DNA of 64,000 bases from Calditrichia bacterium (GTDB taxonomy: Bacteria > Calditrichota > Calditrichia > RBG-13-44-9 > J075), in the NCBI GenBank assembly GCA_050633245.1, contig JBOEGD010000018.1:32001-96000 (forward strand), in the 5' to 3' direction. Below, piece by piece: positions 10,562 through 20,695 of the stretch (position 1 is the stretch's first letter; every line of letters begins with the position of its first letter). Position numbers and translations under genes: made by a program. The notes under the pieces were generated by a model. The model was not told the DNA's origin and did no database searches. It saw nothing but the letters and a program-made list of their open reading frames with translations.

Positions 10562-11521
10562 ATGCATAAATCCATTTGCAAATTTTTTCATTTATTGCTC
10601 TTCTTATGCTTCTGTGCGGAGGCTGGTGAACCACTCAAGGGCAAAAGCCTGTATGTTTGGAGCTTCGCTGCAAAAGAGGGTATTTCCGAACAGTTTGCTG
10701 TGAATGTAACTGAAGAAGTAGAAGAGCTGTTGATCAACAGTCGACAAATAACGGTTTTACAGCGTCGAGAAATGAAAGGCCTTTTCGAGCAAAGTCAACA
10801 GGAGATTTTGCTGGACGGAATTAATTCGTTAGCTGACTCTGTTGTCGAAAAGTTGAGATTTAAAAAAGTGAACATTGTTGTCTTGGGTGAAGTGAAGTTT
10901 GAAAACGAGAGCGGCTTAATCAAAATTCGCGTTTTTGTGAACGATTTTAATTCAGAGATCTATGTCTCGAAAACGATTTTTTGCCCGAAGAGTATAATTA
11001 GTGATCCGCAAGAGAGAATGCCTCACATTAAAAATCTAGTGAATCAGCTTCTAAATGGAATGATGTTAGAAAATAAGAATCCGGTTGTTCCTCCTATAAA
11101 GAATGATTCCAATTCACCGATAAAACCGAAAAAAGAACAGGACTTCTCACTTCTCTTTAACCTGCTCCCTGGTGGTGCACAATTTCAGCGACAACGCCCT
11201 ATTAAAGGTCTTTTAGTTGCCTCAAGTGCTATCGGTTTTACTTTAGCAGCAATCTGGGCAGGGACACAGCGCAATACAAATCTCGAAAACGCTGCGCGTA
11301 CAACAGGTAGCGGTAGAGAACATTATATCGATCAGTCTGAAACTTGGAAAAAGAGACAGTCCGGATTCGTATTGGGAGCAGTGGGGGTTTATTTATTTGG
11401 CCTTACAGACTTACTTCGACCAATCGAACCTATTCCTAATGCAAGCTTGGCACTACGTATTACGCCCGGTAATGAAAAGCATAGTCGCAGTTTTGCTGTC
11501 GATGTTCGATTGAGCTTATAA
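10562..11521 (+). CDS. Exported protein with CsgG/FlgO-like N-terminal domain and C-terminal hydrophobic region
   Basis: Signal-like N-terminus; EELLINSRQITVLQRREMKGLFEQ resembles CsgG-like VVER motif; LLPGGAQF...IKGLL hydrophobic C-terminal module. Confidence 0.5.
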   Translation: MHKSICKFFHLLLFLCFCAEAGEPLKGKSLYVWSFAAKEGISEQFAVNVTEEVEELLINSRQITVLQRREMKGLFEQSQQEILLDGINSLADSVVEKLRFKKVNIVVLGEVKFENESGLIKIRVFVNDFNSEIYVSKTIFCPKSIISDPQERMPHIKNLVNQLLNGMMLENKNPVVPPIKNDSNSPIKPKKEQDFSLLFNLLPGGAQFQRQRPIKGLLVASSAIGFTLAAIWAGTQRNTNLENAARTTGSGREHYIDQSETWKKRQSGFVLGAVGVYLFGLTDLLRPIEPIPNASLALRITPGNEKHSRSFAVDVRLSL

Positions 11522-11522
11522 A

Positions 11523-12068
11523 AAGGGGACTATTGAACCCGGAACGCAACGAAATACTGTTGCGACCACCGTGTCGTCAAACCGCGAATACTATGTGAAT
11601 ATTCGAAGATATATGCAGCACTCCGCTGCCTACGAAGTGAAATCAGAGTTTTTTCCAATTGGGGTTCAAGACATAGGAGAACCAAATGATAACCAATTTG
11701 GGGCAACTGTAATTAGCCCGAAATCACAAGCTAATGCATTGATTGGCTTCTCTGAGGATAACTCAGACTGGTATCAGGTAACATTTTCGGATAGCGGCGT
11801 ATTTCGGGTCTTTGTTGAAAACAAAATGTTGGGAACAACTGCGGCAGCGCGGATGGGAAGAACGATTGTTTATCGACAAAATGGAACAAAATTGGAGGTT
11901 GTTGCAAAAATTGCCCAGACTGTATTTGATGATTTTATCCATAATGGCACGTTACGGAGCAGCGATGAAATAATGGTGGAAGCTGGTGAAATTTTTTTAA
12001 TCAATGTTCCAAAATGACAGAATTCCGCAGTTTTATATAATCTTAGATGCGTTTTTATTGGCAATTGA
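11523..12068 (+). pseudogene. Relic of an EPND..DWY repeat (pre-peptidase-C-like) surface protein, homologous to the C-terminal repeats of 13077-16820
   Basis: HSAAYEVKSEFFPIGVQDIGEPND...ALIGFSEDNSDWY matches HSAPYEFSLSFIPISTSDIGEPND...ALIGY..DEIDWY. No start or signal peptide. TGA at 12015-12017 aligns with the Trp of EVPRW and the frame continues QNSAVLYNLRCVFIGN. Confidence 0.7.
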
Positions 12069-12093
12069 AAACCAGAGTATTGATTGGAGAAAT

Positions 12094-13023
12094 ATGCAGG
12101 TACAACGACTATGTCGAATGTTCAAGTTCTTAACTCTTTGTCTACTTGGCTTTGCCTTCTGGATCTTAAGCTGTGATTCAGTAAACCCGGAAATTTGCCC
12201 GACTACAAAAATATTTGGCAATGCTTACAATCAACTAAATTCGTCCAGTCAGATAGCCAATGTATTGGTGCGCCTGGCTCCGGGAAATACTACAAAATTA
12301 ACTGACTCAGACGGTTACTTTGAATTTGATGTGGAATCAGGAAACCGTTATACGCTCACTTTTGAAAAAGAAGGTTTTGAAAATGTGAATCAGTCCATCG
12401 CTATCGATTGTAGCGAGGGTGATCGAAATTTGGATGCCATAATGGAACCGATCCAACCCATTCTGATAGCAATGCCATTGGCTGCCGATTTTGGCTCCAG
12501 CAATACAACTCTGCCAATCGAAATTCGCAATGAAGGGAAGGGAATATTGGATTGGCAGATTGCGGAAAATGTTGACTGGCTATCCATCAATCCGTTGACG
12601 GGGAGCACCGAGAGTGAGGTTTCTACGCTTGTTCTAACGGTGAACAGAGGGAATTTGCCAAATGGTGAGTTCTCCCGGAGTTTTGCTATTTCTTCGAATG
12701 GTGGAAGTCAAACGATTGATGTTTCTGTCAGCAAGGTAGACCAATTGGAGGTCTCCCCGTTAAACCTCGACTTTGGTACCTCGCAAAATCAACAAAGTAT
12801 ATTTTTGAGGAATTTGGGGGTGTCAACAATTAACTATTCGGTTCTCGAAAGTCTTGCCTGGCTCACGGTTAGTCCGGTGCAGGGAAGCCTGGACAATGGA
12901 ATCGAACCTGTCTCCATTTCAATCGACCGAAATCTCTTAACCTCTGGTACACATACGGGAAACATTACGATTACATCGAATGTGAACAGTGCCATTGTTG
13001 ACGTATCGGTTGAAGTTGAATGA
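12094..13023 (+). CDS. Lipoprotein: carboxypeptidase-regulatory-like domain + 2 BACON-like domains
   Basis: GGAG SD before ATG 12094; lipobox WILSC; TDSDGYF..FEKEGF; DFG..IRNEG.G.LDWQI....WLSINP repeats. Confidence 0.75.
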   Translation: MQVQRLCRMFKFLTLCLLGFAFWILSCDSVNPEICPTTKIFGNAYNQLNSSSQIANVLVRLAPGNTTKLTDSDGYFEFDVESGNRYTLTFEKEGFENVNQSIAIDCSEGDRNLDAIMEPIQPILIAMPLAADFGSSNTTLPIEIRNEGKGILDWQIAENVDWLSINPLTGSTESEVSTLVLTVNRGNLPNGEFSRSFAISSNGGSQTIDVSVSKVDQLEVSPLNLDFGTSQNQQSIFLRNLGVSTINYSVLESLAWLTVSPVQGSLDNGIEPVSISIDRNLLTSGTHTGNITITSNVNSAIVDVSVEVE

Positions 13024-13076
13024 GATCAGCTTTGTAATGTCAGAAAGTTTGGGATATAAATAGGGAGAATTTATAT

Positions 13077-16000
13077 ATGAGATATTTAATAGTTGCTTTG
13101 CTATTGGGAACAGTCGTCATACTTAGCTGTGAGTTTTTAGCAGGTCCGGAAGAAGACAAGGCTGGCGAGGCCTCAATTTCCGGGCAGGTAAAGGACACAA
13201 ATGGTCAAAATGTTAGAGATGTGATCATCTCTACCGCTCCCGAGACGAGAAGTGTATTGACTGATGGGGAGGGAAGATATGTGTTGACAGAGCTCCCGTA
13301 TAATCCTTACACCATTAGCGCTCAGAAAGATGGTTACCAAACCGAGCAGAAAAACGTTACGATAGATGCGGATACTGATTACCCCATCTCGTTTGTGCTT
13401 CGCACGTCTGATCCGGTGCTGAGAACCAATCCTCTCCTTCTCGACTTTGGTGCAACGACTACCGTTCTTCCGCTTGAAATCATCAATGATGGCGAAGGAA
13501 TACTGAATTGGCAAATCACCGAAGACGTACCTTGGATTATAAACATCTCACCCAGGCATAGCGGACAGAGTCGTGCCGATTCTTCAGCGGTTGTAACCGT
13601 CCAAGTGGATAGAAGTAATTTACCTGAAGGACGAGAAACCAATAGCCTGACAATCTCTTCTAATGCCGGTGCACGCGTCGTGAGCGTTGCGATTACAAAG
13701 GGGGCATTTATTGAAGCCTCAAGTGAGAACCTGGATTTTGATACGTCTTTAGAGCAGCTGTTTTTTACACTGAAAAACGGCGGAGAAGGGACTATTAATT
13801 ATTCCATTTCTACGACAGCTTCCTGGTTGACTGTTAACCCCGGCAGCGGTAGCCTGGAAAATGAAGAGGACATTATTGAGGTAAATGTAAATCGGGTTGG
13901 ATTACCATTCAATACTTACTACGGGCGAATTGTTGTCAATTCGGGTTCCGGTACAATAAATATTGACGTTGTGATGGTGGTGCCCAACCCAAATGAACCT
14001 CAGCTGACCCTGTCTTCTAATTCGCTTGACTTTGGAAATTCATTTGTTGATATCGATCTGCAAATTTCCAACTCAGGTGTTGGTACTCTAAACTGGCAAA
14101 TAAACGAGAGTTTGGACTGGCTCACAGTTTCGTTGGCGAATGGAACTTCAATGCCAGGTCAACCATCGACAGTTAAGTTTACTGTCTCGAGGGCGAATCG
14201 TAATGCAGGAACGTATGACAATCAGGTTAATATTATAACAAATGATCCAAACACGTCCAACTTTTCGCTTAATGTACGAATGGTAATTGAAGACACTCCG
14301 GTTCTGGCGCTTTCCGAAGAGGTGCTGGATTTTGGTCGGAGTAGTACCTCGCGAAGTTTCGAAGTTTCTAACACAGGTACCGGTTCATTAAACTGGAGTG
14401 TTGCCGGCAATAGGCCCTGGTTGTCTTTTAATCCGATCACCGGTGACAATCAAGGAACTGTGAACGTGCAGGTAGATCGTGTTTTGGCTGGTCCGGGAAG
14501 TCATAGCGGGCAAATTGATGTGACCTCCAATGCCGGGACCAAACCGGTGTTGATATTCCTGGAGAATCGCAGTAACAATGTGGCACCAACAGCTGAGTTT
14601 GTTTCAACTCCGCTAATAGGTGAGGTGTCGACGGTCTTTTCATTTGATGCCTCTCCATCAACAGATGATTTTGATCCATTGGACTCATTAGAATTTCGCT
14701 GGAAATGGGATGCCGCCTCGGAATTTACCGAATGGTCGAGCGATCGAACTGCAATGCATCAATATTCCAATACCGGCACAAAGTTTATTACTCTGGAAGT
14801 GCGGGATCTGGAAGAGGCTGTTGGAAGCGTTTCCAAATCCGTTTCAGTCAGACAAAATCAACCACCAAGTGCCGCATTTATCGTGAGCCCACTGACTGGT
14901 ACTGTCTCAACTCTGTTCGAATTTGATGCGGGTCAGTCATCAGACGATATCACCCCAGTTGGTGATCTGGAGGTGCGTTGGCAATGGGACTCGGGGAGCA
15001 GCTTTACCAGCTGGACAACCCAAAAACTGGCAAGTTATCAATATGTCGTAATCGGACAAAAACAGATAGTTCTGGAAGTTCGGGATGGAGCCGGTTTGGT
15101 TTCTAGTACTGCACGTACTATTCAGGTTGGGAGCGATCCGGTACAGGAGGTCGAACCAAATGATACACGCGGACAGGCAAACTCTATCGACGAGAATTCT
15201 ATTATTTATTGTGAGATCGGTGTCGGGAGTGATAATAAAGATTGGTTTGAATTAGTTGCTCCGGAGAATGGTAAGCTCTGGTTTGAAATCGAAAATCAGG
15301 AAACATCGGGCTCAAACAACGCCCGTATCAATCAATCATCTCTTTTAGTAATAAATGGATTTGATCAAACCACCTTGGCAACAGCAGGGATTTATCACAG
15401 CGGTCAATATTACATTGCTCCAAATGAAACTGCAACTAGTGCTAAAGCAGTTGTATCGAAAGACAGAACGTATTTCTTTGAGATCCCTCAATTTGCTGGG
15501 CATAGTGCTCAGTATATTTTGCGGGTCTTTTTTGAGCAGATAGCCCAAAACGACATTGGTGAGCCGAACAACCAAAGAGCAATGTCCACTAATGTTAACA
15601 GCAATGATTTTTATCAGGCACATGTCGGTTTTGCTGTAGGAGTAACAGGGAATGTTGATTCAGAAGATTGGTATGAATTCTCTTTTACTGAGAATGGCTT
15701 TGCTCAGTTCTTTATTGAAAATTTACATACAGAATCTGCGACTAATGGCAGAATTGATATTTCTACGCTTTACGGAGCAACGGTCTTTGATTTAATACCA
15801 TTGACTTCCGCATCTATTTATCATAGTGGGAGCGGTGGGGGATACTACATCGGTACTCAGGAAACAGCGACCAGCGAAAAGGCAGGCATAGATAGAGGTC
15901 GCTCTTATTTCTTACACATTCCGCAATACGCTCAACATTCGGCTCCATATGAATTTAGTCTATCATTTATTCCCATATCAACCAGCGATATTGGTGAACC

Positions 16001-16820
16001 AAATGATGATATTGCTGCCAAGACCAGTCTACCGGTGAACAATAATTATGATGCCTTGATAGGTTATTCTCAGAGCACTGGACTCTATGATGAAATAGAC
16101 TGGTATAGTCCGGACTTTAGTCAGCACGGTCTTGTTAAATTTACCGTTAAGAACCTCTTTCCAACGGGAATAGACGATGGGAGAGTTGCACCATGTAATC
16201 TTTTTGTTAAAGACGGGTTTTCTCTTAATAGCCTGGATCTTCTGCGTATTTACCACAGTGGGAGTAATGGGGGATACTTTATCGGTTCAGGTGAATCCGT
16301 AGAAGGAAGTCGTGTTGCTGTTGCAACTTCTGAAGAATATCTTTTTTCGGTAGAGCAGTTTCAGAGAAATCAAGCTCCATATAACGTGGAGCTTGAATTC
16401 ATTCCTATTCCAATTGCGGATGTTCTGGAGCCAAATGATTCTTTGCAGATAGCGGCACAAATTCCGTTTAACACTACCATAACAGGAATCTCTATTGGGT
16501 ATAATGCAGACAATGCTGATTGGTATAGTGTTACTCCCTCTCAAAATGGCTCTTTTCAATTTTCTATTTCAAATAAGCACATAGCAGGTGTTCTCGGTGG
16601 CCGTATTGCTACTTGTACGCTTTACAATGATAACGGGAGCGCCCTGGCGATGGCGCGAATCTATCATAGCGGAACCGGTGGTGGTTATTATATCGGGCCG
16701 GATGAGTCTGCTAGTAGCACTATTGAGCCTCTAATAGCAAACCAGATATATTACATCGAGGTGCCAAGATGGGATAAACACGTGGCACCGTATACCCTGC
16801 AAACTAGTTTTAGTCCTTAA
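13077..16820 (+). CDS. Large surface lipoprotein: carboxypeptidase-regulatory-like + 4 BACON-like + 2 PKD + 4 EPND/DWY (PPC-like) repeats
   Basis: GGGAG SD; lipobox VILSC; LDFG...N.G.G.L.W repeats x4; FDA..S.DD...W.WD PKD x2; four EPN[DN]...DW[FY]...IYHSG units. Confidence 0.8.
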   Translation: MRYLIVALLLGTVVILSCEFLAGPEEDKAGEASISGQVKDTNGQNVRDVIISTAPETRSVLTDGEGRYVLTELPYNPYTISAQKDGYQTEQKNVTIDADTDYPISFVLRTSDPVLRTNPLLLDFGATTTVLPLEIINDGEGILNWQITEDVPWIINISPRHSGQSRADSSAVVTVQVDRSNLPEGRETNSLTISSNAGARVVSVAITKGAFIEASSENLDFDTSLEQLFFTLKNGGEGTINYSISTTASWLTVNPGSGSLENEEDIIEVNVNRVGLPFNTYYGRIVVNSGSGTINIDVVMVVPNPNEPQLTLSSNSLDFGNSFVDIDLQISNSGVGTLNWQINESLDWLTVSLANGTSMPGQPSTVKFTVSRANRNAGTYDNQVNIITNDPNTSNFSLNVRMVIEDTPVLALSEEVLDFGRSSTSRSFEVSNTGTGSLNWSVAGNRPWLSFNPITGDNQGTVNVQVDRVLAGPGSHSGQIDVTSNAGTKPVLIFLENRSNNVAPTAEFVSTPLIGEVSTVFSFDASPSTDDFDPLDSLEFRWKWDAASEFTEWSSDRTAMHQYSNTGTKFITLEVRDLEEAVGSVSKSVSVRQNQPPSAAFIVSPLTGTVSTLFEFDAGQSSDDITPVGDLEVRWQWDSGSSFTSWTTQKLASYQYVVIGQKQIVLEVRDGAGLVSSTARTIQVGSDPVQEVEPNDTRGQANSIDENSIIYCEIGVGSDNKDWFELVAPENGKLWFEIENQETSGSNNARINQSSLLVINGFDQTTLATAGIYHSGQYYIAPNETATSAKAVVSKDRTYFFEIPQFAGHSAQYILRVFFEQIAQNDIGEPNNQRAMSTNVNSNDFYQAHVGFAVGVTGNVDSEDWYEFSFTENGFAQFFIENLHTESATNGRIDISTLYGATVFDLIPLTSASIYHSGSGGGYYIGTQETATSEKAGIDRGRSYFLHIPQYAQHSAPYEFSLSFIPISTSDIGEPNDDIAAKTSLPVNNNYDALIGYSQSTGLYDEIDWYSPDFSQHGLVKFTVKNLFPTGIDDGRVAPCNLFVKDGFSLNSLDLLRIYHSGSNGGYFIGSGESVEGSRVAVATSEEYLFSVEQFQRNQAPYNVELEFIPIPIADVLEPNDSLQIAAQIPFNTTITGISIGYNADNADWYSVTPSQNGSFQFSISNKHIAGVLGGRIATCTLYNDNGSALAMARIYHSGTGGGYYIGPDESASSTIEPLIANQIYYIEVPRWDKHVAPYTLQTSFSP

Positions 16821-16858
16821 TAATGCAGTTTTTGGGTTAGACAGACTTAGAAAAAGTA

Positions 16859-17602
16859 ATGACATCGGAGTGGAGAATGTATAAGGTAATAGATATATAT
16901 ATAATTTTATTTTTATTAACCGGATGGGGTGTGGCGCAACCTGATATTCTTCGTCATGAAAAAGCTATTTCCAGCGAGGCAAAACGTTATTTCGGGAACA
17001 AAAGTGAGAATGTTGGAAATCCCTCAGCAGCATGGTCCGCTCGGAAGTTCGATGGCCGTCGCAGTAGTTTGAACAGTGCCTCTGATCGACGCTGGCTTGG
17101 CGCTCTCTTTTCGCTTTCGTACAACACCTTTACTTACACCAGCTCTTCCTGGCGAGAGCATTATGACAATATATCTGTTGAGCTGGATTCAATTGTGGTT
17201 TTGAGCGGGATCGGTGGCGCCTTTGGTTTTTGGGTCAAAGAGTTTCTGCTTTTACAGGTGGAGGGAGGCTATTTCTATAATCAAAGATTGCGTGCCAAAT
17301 ACAATGATGTTGAATATGCAAAATTTAGAGCTGAGGGCATTAGCTGGAACTTGGCTTCAATACTTACTTTTCCGATAGGCCGGTATGTAACGTTCGATGT
17401 TGGCGGCGGGTATTCCGGACACCACTTACGAATACGGTTCTTTGGGCAATCTGAGCTTGGCATTACGCGTAATTATTACGCACTTACTGGATTTCGCGTT
17501 GGCCAGTCGAAGATATCTGTTTTTCTGAATAACCATTTTTTATTTAATGCTGCAGCTATTAAGGGGTATCATATGAGAGTCGGAATTTCTTATCAGCTAT
17601 AA
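16859..17602 (+). CDS. Putative outer-membrane beta-barrel protein
   Basis: Signal-like N-terminus (likely start 16877), alternating amphipathic strands, C-terminus MRVGISYQL. Confidence 0.55.
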   Translation: MTSEWRMYKVIDIYIILFLLTGWGVAQPDILRHEKAISSEAKRYFGNKSENVGNPSAAWSARKFDGRRSSLNSASDRRWLGALFSLSYNTFTYTSSSWREHYDNISVELDSIVVLSGIGGAFGFWVKEFLLLQVEGGYFYNQRLRAKYNDVEYAKFRAEGISWNLASILTFPIGRYVTFDVGGGYSGHHLRIRFFGQSELGITRNYYALTGFRVGQSKISVFLNNHFLFNAAAIKGYHMRVGISYQL

Positions 17603-17615
17603 CAAATGACTTGTG

Positions 17616-19028
17616 TTAGGCCTTAGATTTATTCTGAGGGTTTAAGATAAAGGATCTCGCTCGTCTTGCGATCCGGCTATCTCTATCACCCTCTAGCCTA
17701 ATAGCAATCGAAAAACAAAGTTTAGCAAGCTCAGAATAGTGTTTTTCACGATCCGGGTGATTCATTCTGTAGGCGAGATACCATTCCCCCAAATGTAGGT
17801 ACGTTGATGATATATGAGGTTCATTTTCAATACAGTCCAAGAGAAGCGACTTTGAGAAAACGAAATCCCCTGCTTTTAACAGTGCATAGCCGTAAGCATC
17901 CTGAAGGAAGCCCCAGCTTATCGGGATAGAATGGCCGACAAGTCTTGAAAGAACAGCAGCATCCTTTTCCAAAGCATTTTTATGTAGAGCGCCTCGGATT
18001 AATTCCAACGGCCGCTCTCTTTCCTCTGAAGTTTTAGAAATATCTTCAATATGCAATTCCAACTTTTCGGCCTCTCTAAGCCCTCTCGTAATTTGATATA
18101 AGAAGCATCGGCTATTGCGTTGTTCCGAAAGCTCTAACACTTCATACATGGCCTGGTCATCTTCAACCTCCCCAAGAGCGAGAGCTTTTTGTAGGTAAAG
18201 TAAATTGTCCAATGAGGCATCTCGCGTCTCAGAGGATAACTCTTTGTTAAGCAAAACAAGCGCATCGGCATATTTACCACGTATTCTAAACATACATGCT
18301 TTTATTATCACAAGCCTTGTTGACATTTTTTTATTGGCTTCCAGTTTGAGAAAAAGTTTTGACAAGTCCTTCCACTTTTGTCCTGTTACAAGTTTAAAGG
18401 CATGTTTCTCTGTCTCTGTAAGCTCGACACTATCATTGTTTATCATTGCCAGCAATGTTCGAGCTCGCCTTGAAATATTTGCATCATGTAGAACAAACCG
18501 TCTTAAAACAAAATGCAACACCAATCCACCCGAAAAACCAAATAAATAAAAGACGGCATAATGTTGATGATAAATTGCAAATGGGAATAGCCAAAGAAAG
18601 ATCATTATGCAGGATAATAAGGCGAGACGCTGTATATCGGTACTTCTATCAAATAGATGATTTATTGAGTAAGATAACAACATCTTTCTAAAAATTGTGC
18701 CAACGATTAAGCCTAGAATTACATATTGAAAGACTCCTTCTAGTGTTATCAGTAGACTCTTATTAGCGGATAAGAATGGGTAAAGGAAATAAAACAGGCA
18801 TACCACCGAATACACTATCAAGCTTGCGATACTAATCACGAGTAGCTTTTTGGCAAAGAAGAGTGATAAGTGTTTTTGAATACCTGCGACGAGGTTTTCG
18901 ATTGTAAACACACCAACCGTGATTAAGAATCCAGTTAAAAATGAAAATTGATGATAAACTGACAAGTAGGAAATAAATAGCAATATAATTATATATAGCG
19001 CCCACCAAATTACTATTTTATATGCCAT
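17616..19028 (-). CDS. Multi-pass membrane protein with C-terminal TPR-like region
   Basis: About 6 hydrophobic segments in first 180 aa; DAYGYALLKAGDF..SK.LL..CIENEP....YLHLGEWY TPR-like; AGAGGAGAGGA SD. Confidence 0.65.
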   Translation of the reverse strand: MAYKIVIWWALYIIILLFISYLSVYHQFSFLTGFLITVGVFTIENLVAGIQKHLSLFFAKKLLVISIASLIVYSVVCLFYFLYPFLSANKSLLITLEGVFQYVILGLIVGTIFRKMLLSYSINHLFDRSTDIQRLALLSCIMIFLWLFPFAIYHQHYAVFYLFGFSGGLVLHFVLRRFVLHDANISRRARTLLAMINNDSVELTETEKHAFKLVTGQKWKDLSKLFLKLEANKKMSTRLVIIKACMFRIRGKYADALVLLNKELSSETRDASLDNLLYLQKALALGEVEDDQAMYEVLELSEQRNSRCFLYQITRGLREAEKLELHIEDISKTSEERERPLELIRGALHKNALEKDAAVLSRLVGHSIPISWGFLQDAYGYALLKAGDFVFSKSLLLDCIENEPHISSTYLHLGEWYLAYRMNHPDREKHYSELAKLCFSIAIRLEGDRDSRIARRARSFILNPQNKSKA

Positions 19029-19064
19029 ATCCTCTCCTCTCTAGGTTCTTTCCTAAAAATATCA

Positions 19065-19090
19065 AGCCAGCTGACTCACGTCAGCTGGCT
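19065..19090 (-). terminator. Perfect 11-bp hairpin, probable terminator or attenuator of the 19176-20108 gene
   Basis: AGCCAGCTGAC-TCAC-GTCAGCTGGCT, followed on the minus strand by TGATATTTTT. Confidence 0.6.
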
Positions 19091-19175
19091 CTTATTGGCA
19101 GACTCACTCCCCAGGGAATCTGCACGATTTATTAAATTCTCTTTGCGATTATTCGCTGATCATAAATGCTATGGG

Positions 19176-20108
19176 CTATTTCTTAACGACTATGAACCGA
19201 TAATCAATTTCGCGTCCTTTATCGTCTGCATTATAGGTTGGACGAACCGCACGGATCATAATTTTACTGCCGCCGATGTACCAATAGGGATTGGTTGTTA
19301 CGCCGATCTTCATTTCCTCCCACCTATCTTTGTCATTTGTAAAGGAGTAAAATTTACCGCTGGTGGTGCGATAGACAACCAGATAACCAAGCTTGCTATT
19401 TGTTCCATTTGTGGTTGACGTAAATTTCAAAGTCAGCTGCTGTCCGGCTTCAAGAAGCGTATAGAGGTAATCATTACTGGTATTATGCAGTTTACTGGAT
19501 GCTTTCTCGGCAATCTTTTTTGCAGATCTGATGTAGGGGGTAGCATATCCAGAAGCTGCTGATACATAGTCTTTGGAAAAGATGAGCTTTATTTCGTTGC
19601 CATATGAACTGTAAATCCCATATGGATAGCTCGTGCTAAAAACTGGACCCTTTTTGTCGGAACCCTTTACAGAAAGGGGGGAGGACGAGCCCCCTGATGG
19701 TGAGAATGACGTTCCGGTGGTTGAAGTTAACTGCTGATTGATAAATTTTATTTTGTTATTATAGCCTGTTATGATGGTACTGTAAGCTGTTAATTCAACT
19801 GTCGTTGCAGCACATTCTCTGGCATTGTCAAGGCAGTATGCAAGCCCAAATAGACCCACGACAGCGAGAATGCCACGGGTATCATCGTCCATGTTTTCCG
19901 TCAGAAAAGAGGCAAGTCCTCCTCCAGAAGCTATGATCGCTGCAGTTGCAGCCTTGTGCTGCAAAATATAAGACATCATGGAAAGCTGCTTCTTACTCAG
20001 TTCACTTTGGTAATAGCGCTTTTGACTTTGCAATTCGCTTATTGTCTGTGCCTGACAAATACCGACGATAAGCATCAATACTAAGATAGCGGTATTTTTT
20101 TTAACCAT
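19176..20108 (-). CDS. Secreted hypothetical protein (start MVKKNTAIL preferred)
   Basis: Signal peptide MVKKNTAILVLMLIVGICQA, GGAG SD; coiled coil, hydrophobic hairpin, Ser/Gly linker, then globular domain. Confidence 0.65.
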   Translation of the reverse strand: MVKKNTAILVLMLIVGICQAQTISELQSQKRYYQSELSKKQLSMMSYILQHKAATAAIIASGGGLASFLTENMDDDTRGILAVVGLFGLAYCLDNARECAATTVELTAYSTIITGYNNKIKFINQQLTSTTGTSFSPSGGSSSPLSVKGSDKKGPVFSTSYPYGIYSSYGNEIKLIFSKDYVSAASGYATPYIRSAKKIAEKASSKLHNTSNDYLYTLLEAGQQLTLKFTSTTNGTNSKLGYLVVYRTTSGKFYSFTNDKDRWEEMKIGVTTNPYWYIGGSKIMIRAVRPTYNADDKGREIDYRFIVVKK

Positions 20109-20142
20109 TATTTGTCTCCACTCCATAACTAGATTAGCATGA

Positions 20143-20337
20143 TTAATAGATATTCCGTTTATCCTGATGCTCAGAGAGCAGGTGGCCACAGTGTGGGCAC
20201 TTGCGTTGAAAAAGGCCAATGTTCCATGAGGTAGCCATATCAGCTGCTTTACGCAATGGTTTCATTACAAAAGTTTTTGCAGATGTCTCTGTACATTTTG
20301 GGCAATCTCTACAGATCTTTCGTTCTTTGTGCTTCAT
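20143..20337 (-). CDS. Small Cys/His-rich (zinc-ribbon-like) protein, 64 aa
   Basis: GGAGGA upstream; CRDCPKC and CPHCGHLLSEH motifs; co-oriented with the downstream secreted gene. Confidence 0.55.
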   Translation of the reverse strand: MKHKERKICRDCPKCTETSAKTFVMKPLRKAADMATSWNIGLFQRKCPHCGHLLSEHQDKRNIY

Positions 20338-20695
20338 TCTTCCTCCACGTGTTTGTTATGAACCATCTTCACTCGGAAATGAGGGGGACATTGTTCTTGC
20401 CTTTGTCTATTAGAGTCACCGCTGAGCTACTTTTCGCAAATGTTTGAGAAATATTCATTTTTTTTAAATTTCTTACTATCTCCTTGTCTCCCAGTCTGAT
20501 GCGAAAACTCCACCCGAACCGCATCTTATGTTTATCTGTGATGGGTTTTGTTCCAGTCTGATGGGAAAAATTTGAATATCTGTCGCTAAACGCTTACATT
20601 TTTGCATCAACTCCCCAATGCGAATAAGACGATTCATATACGAATACGTCTCGTATACCTATATTAGAATTTCATTCGAAACCGGATCACCGCTG

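Noticed and set aside
12015-12017. TGA-as-Trp or selenocysteine recoding
   Set aside because: TGA is used as a normal stop in other genes (13021-13023, 32649-32651, 57735-57737), and the fragment also lacks a 5' end, so decay is the simpler explanation.
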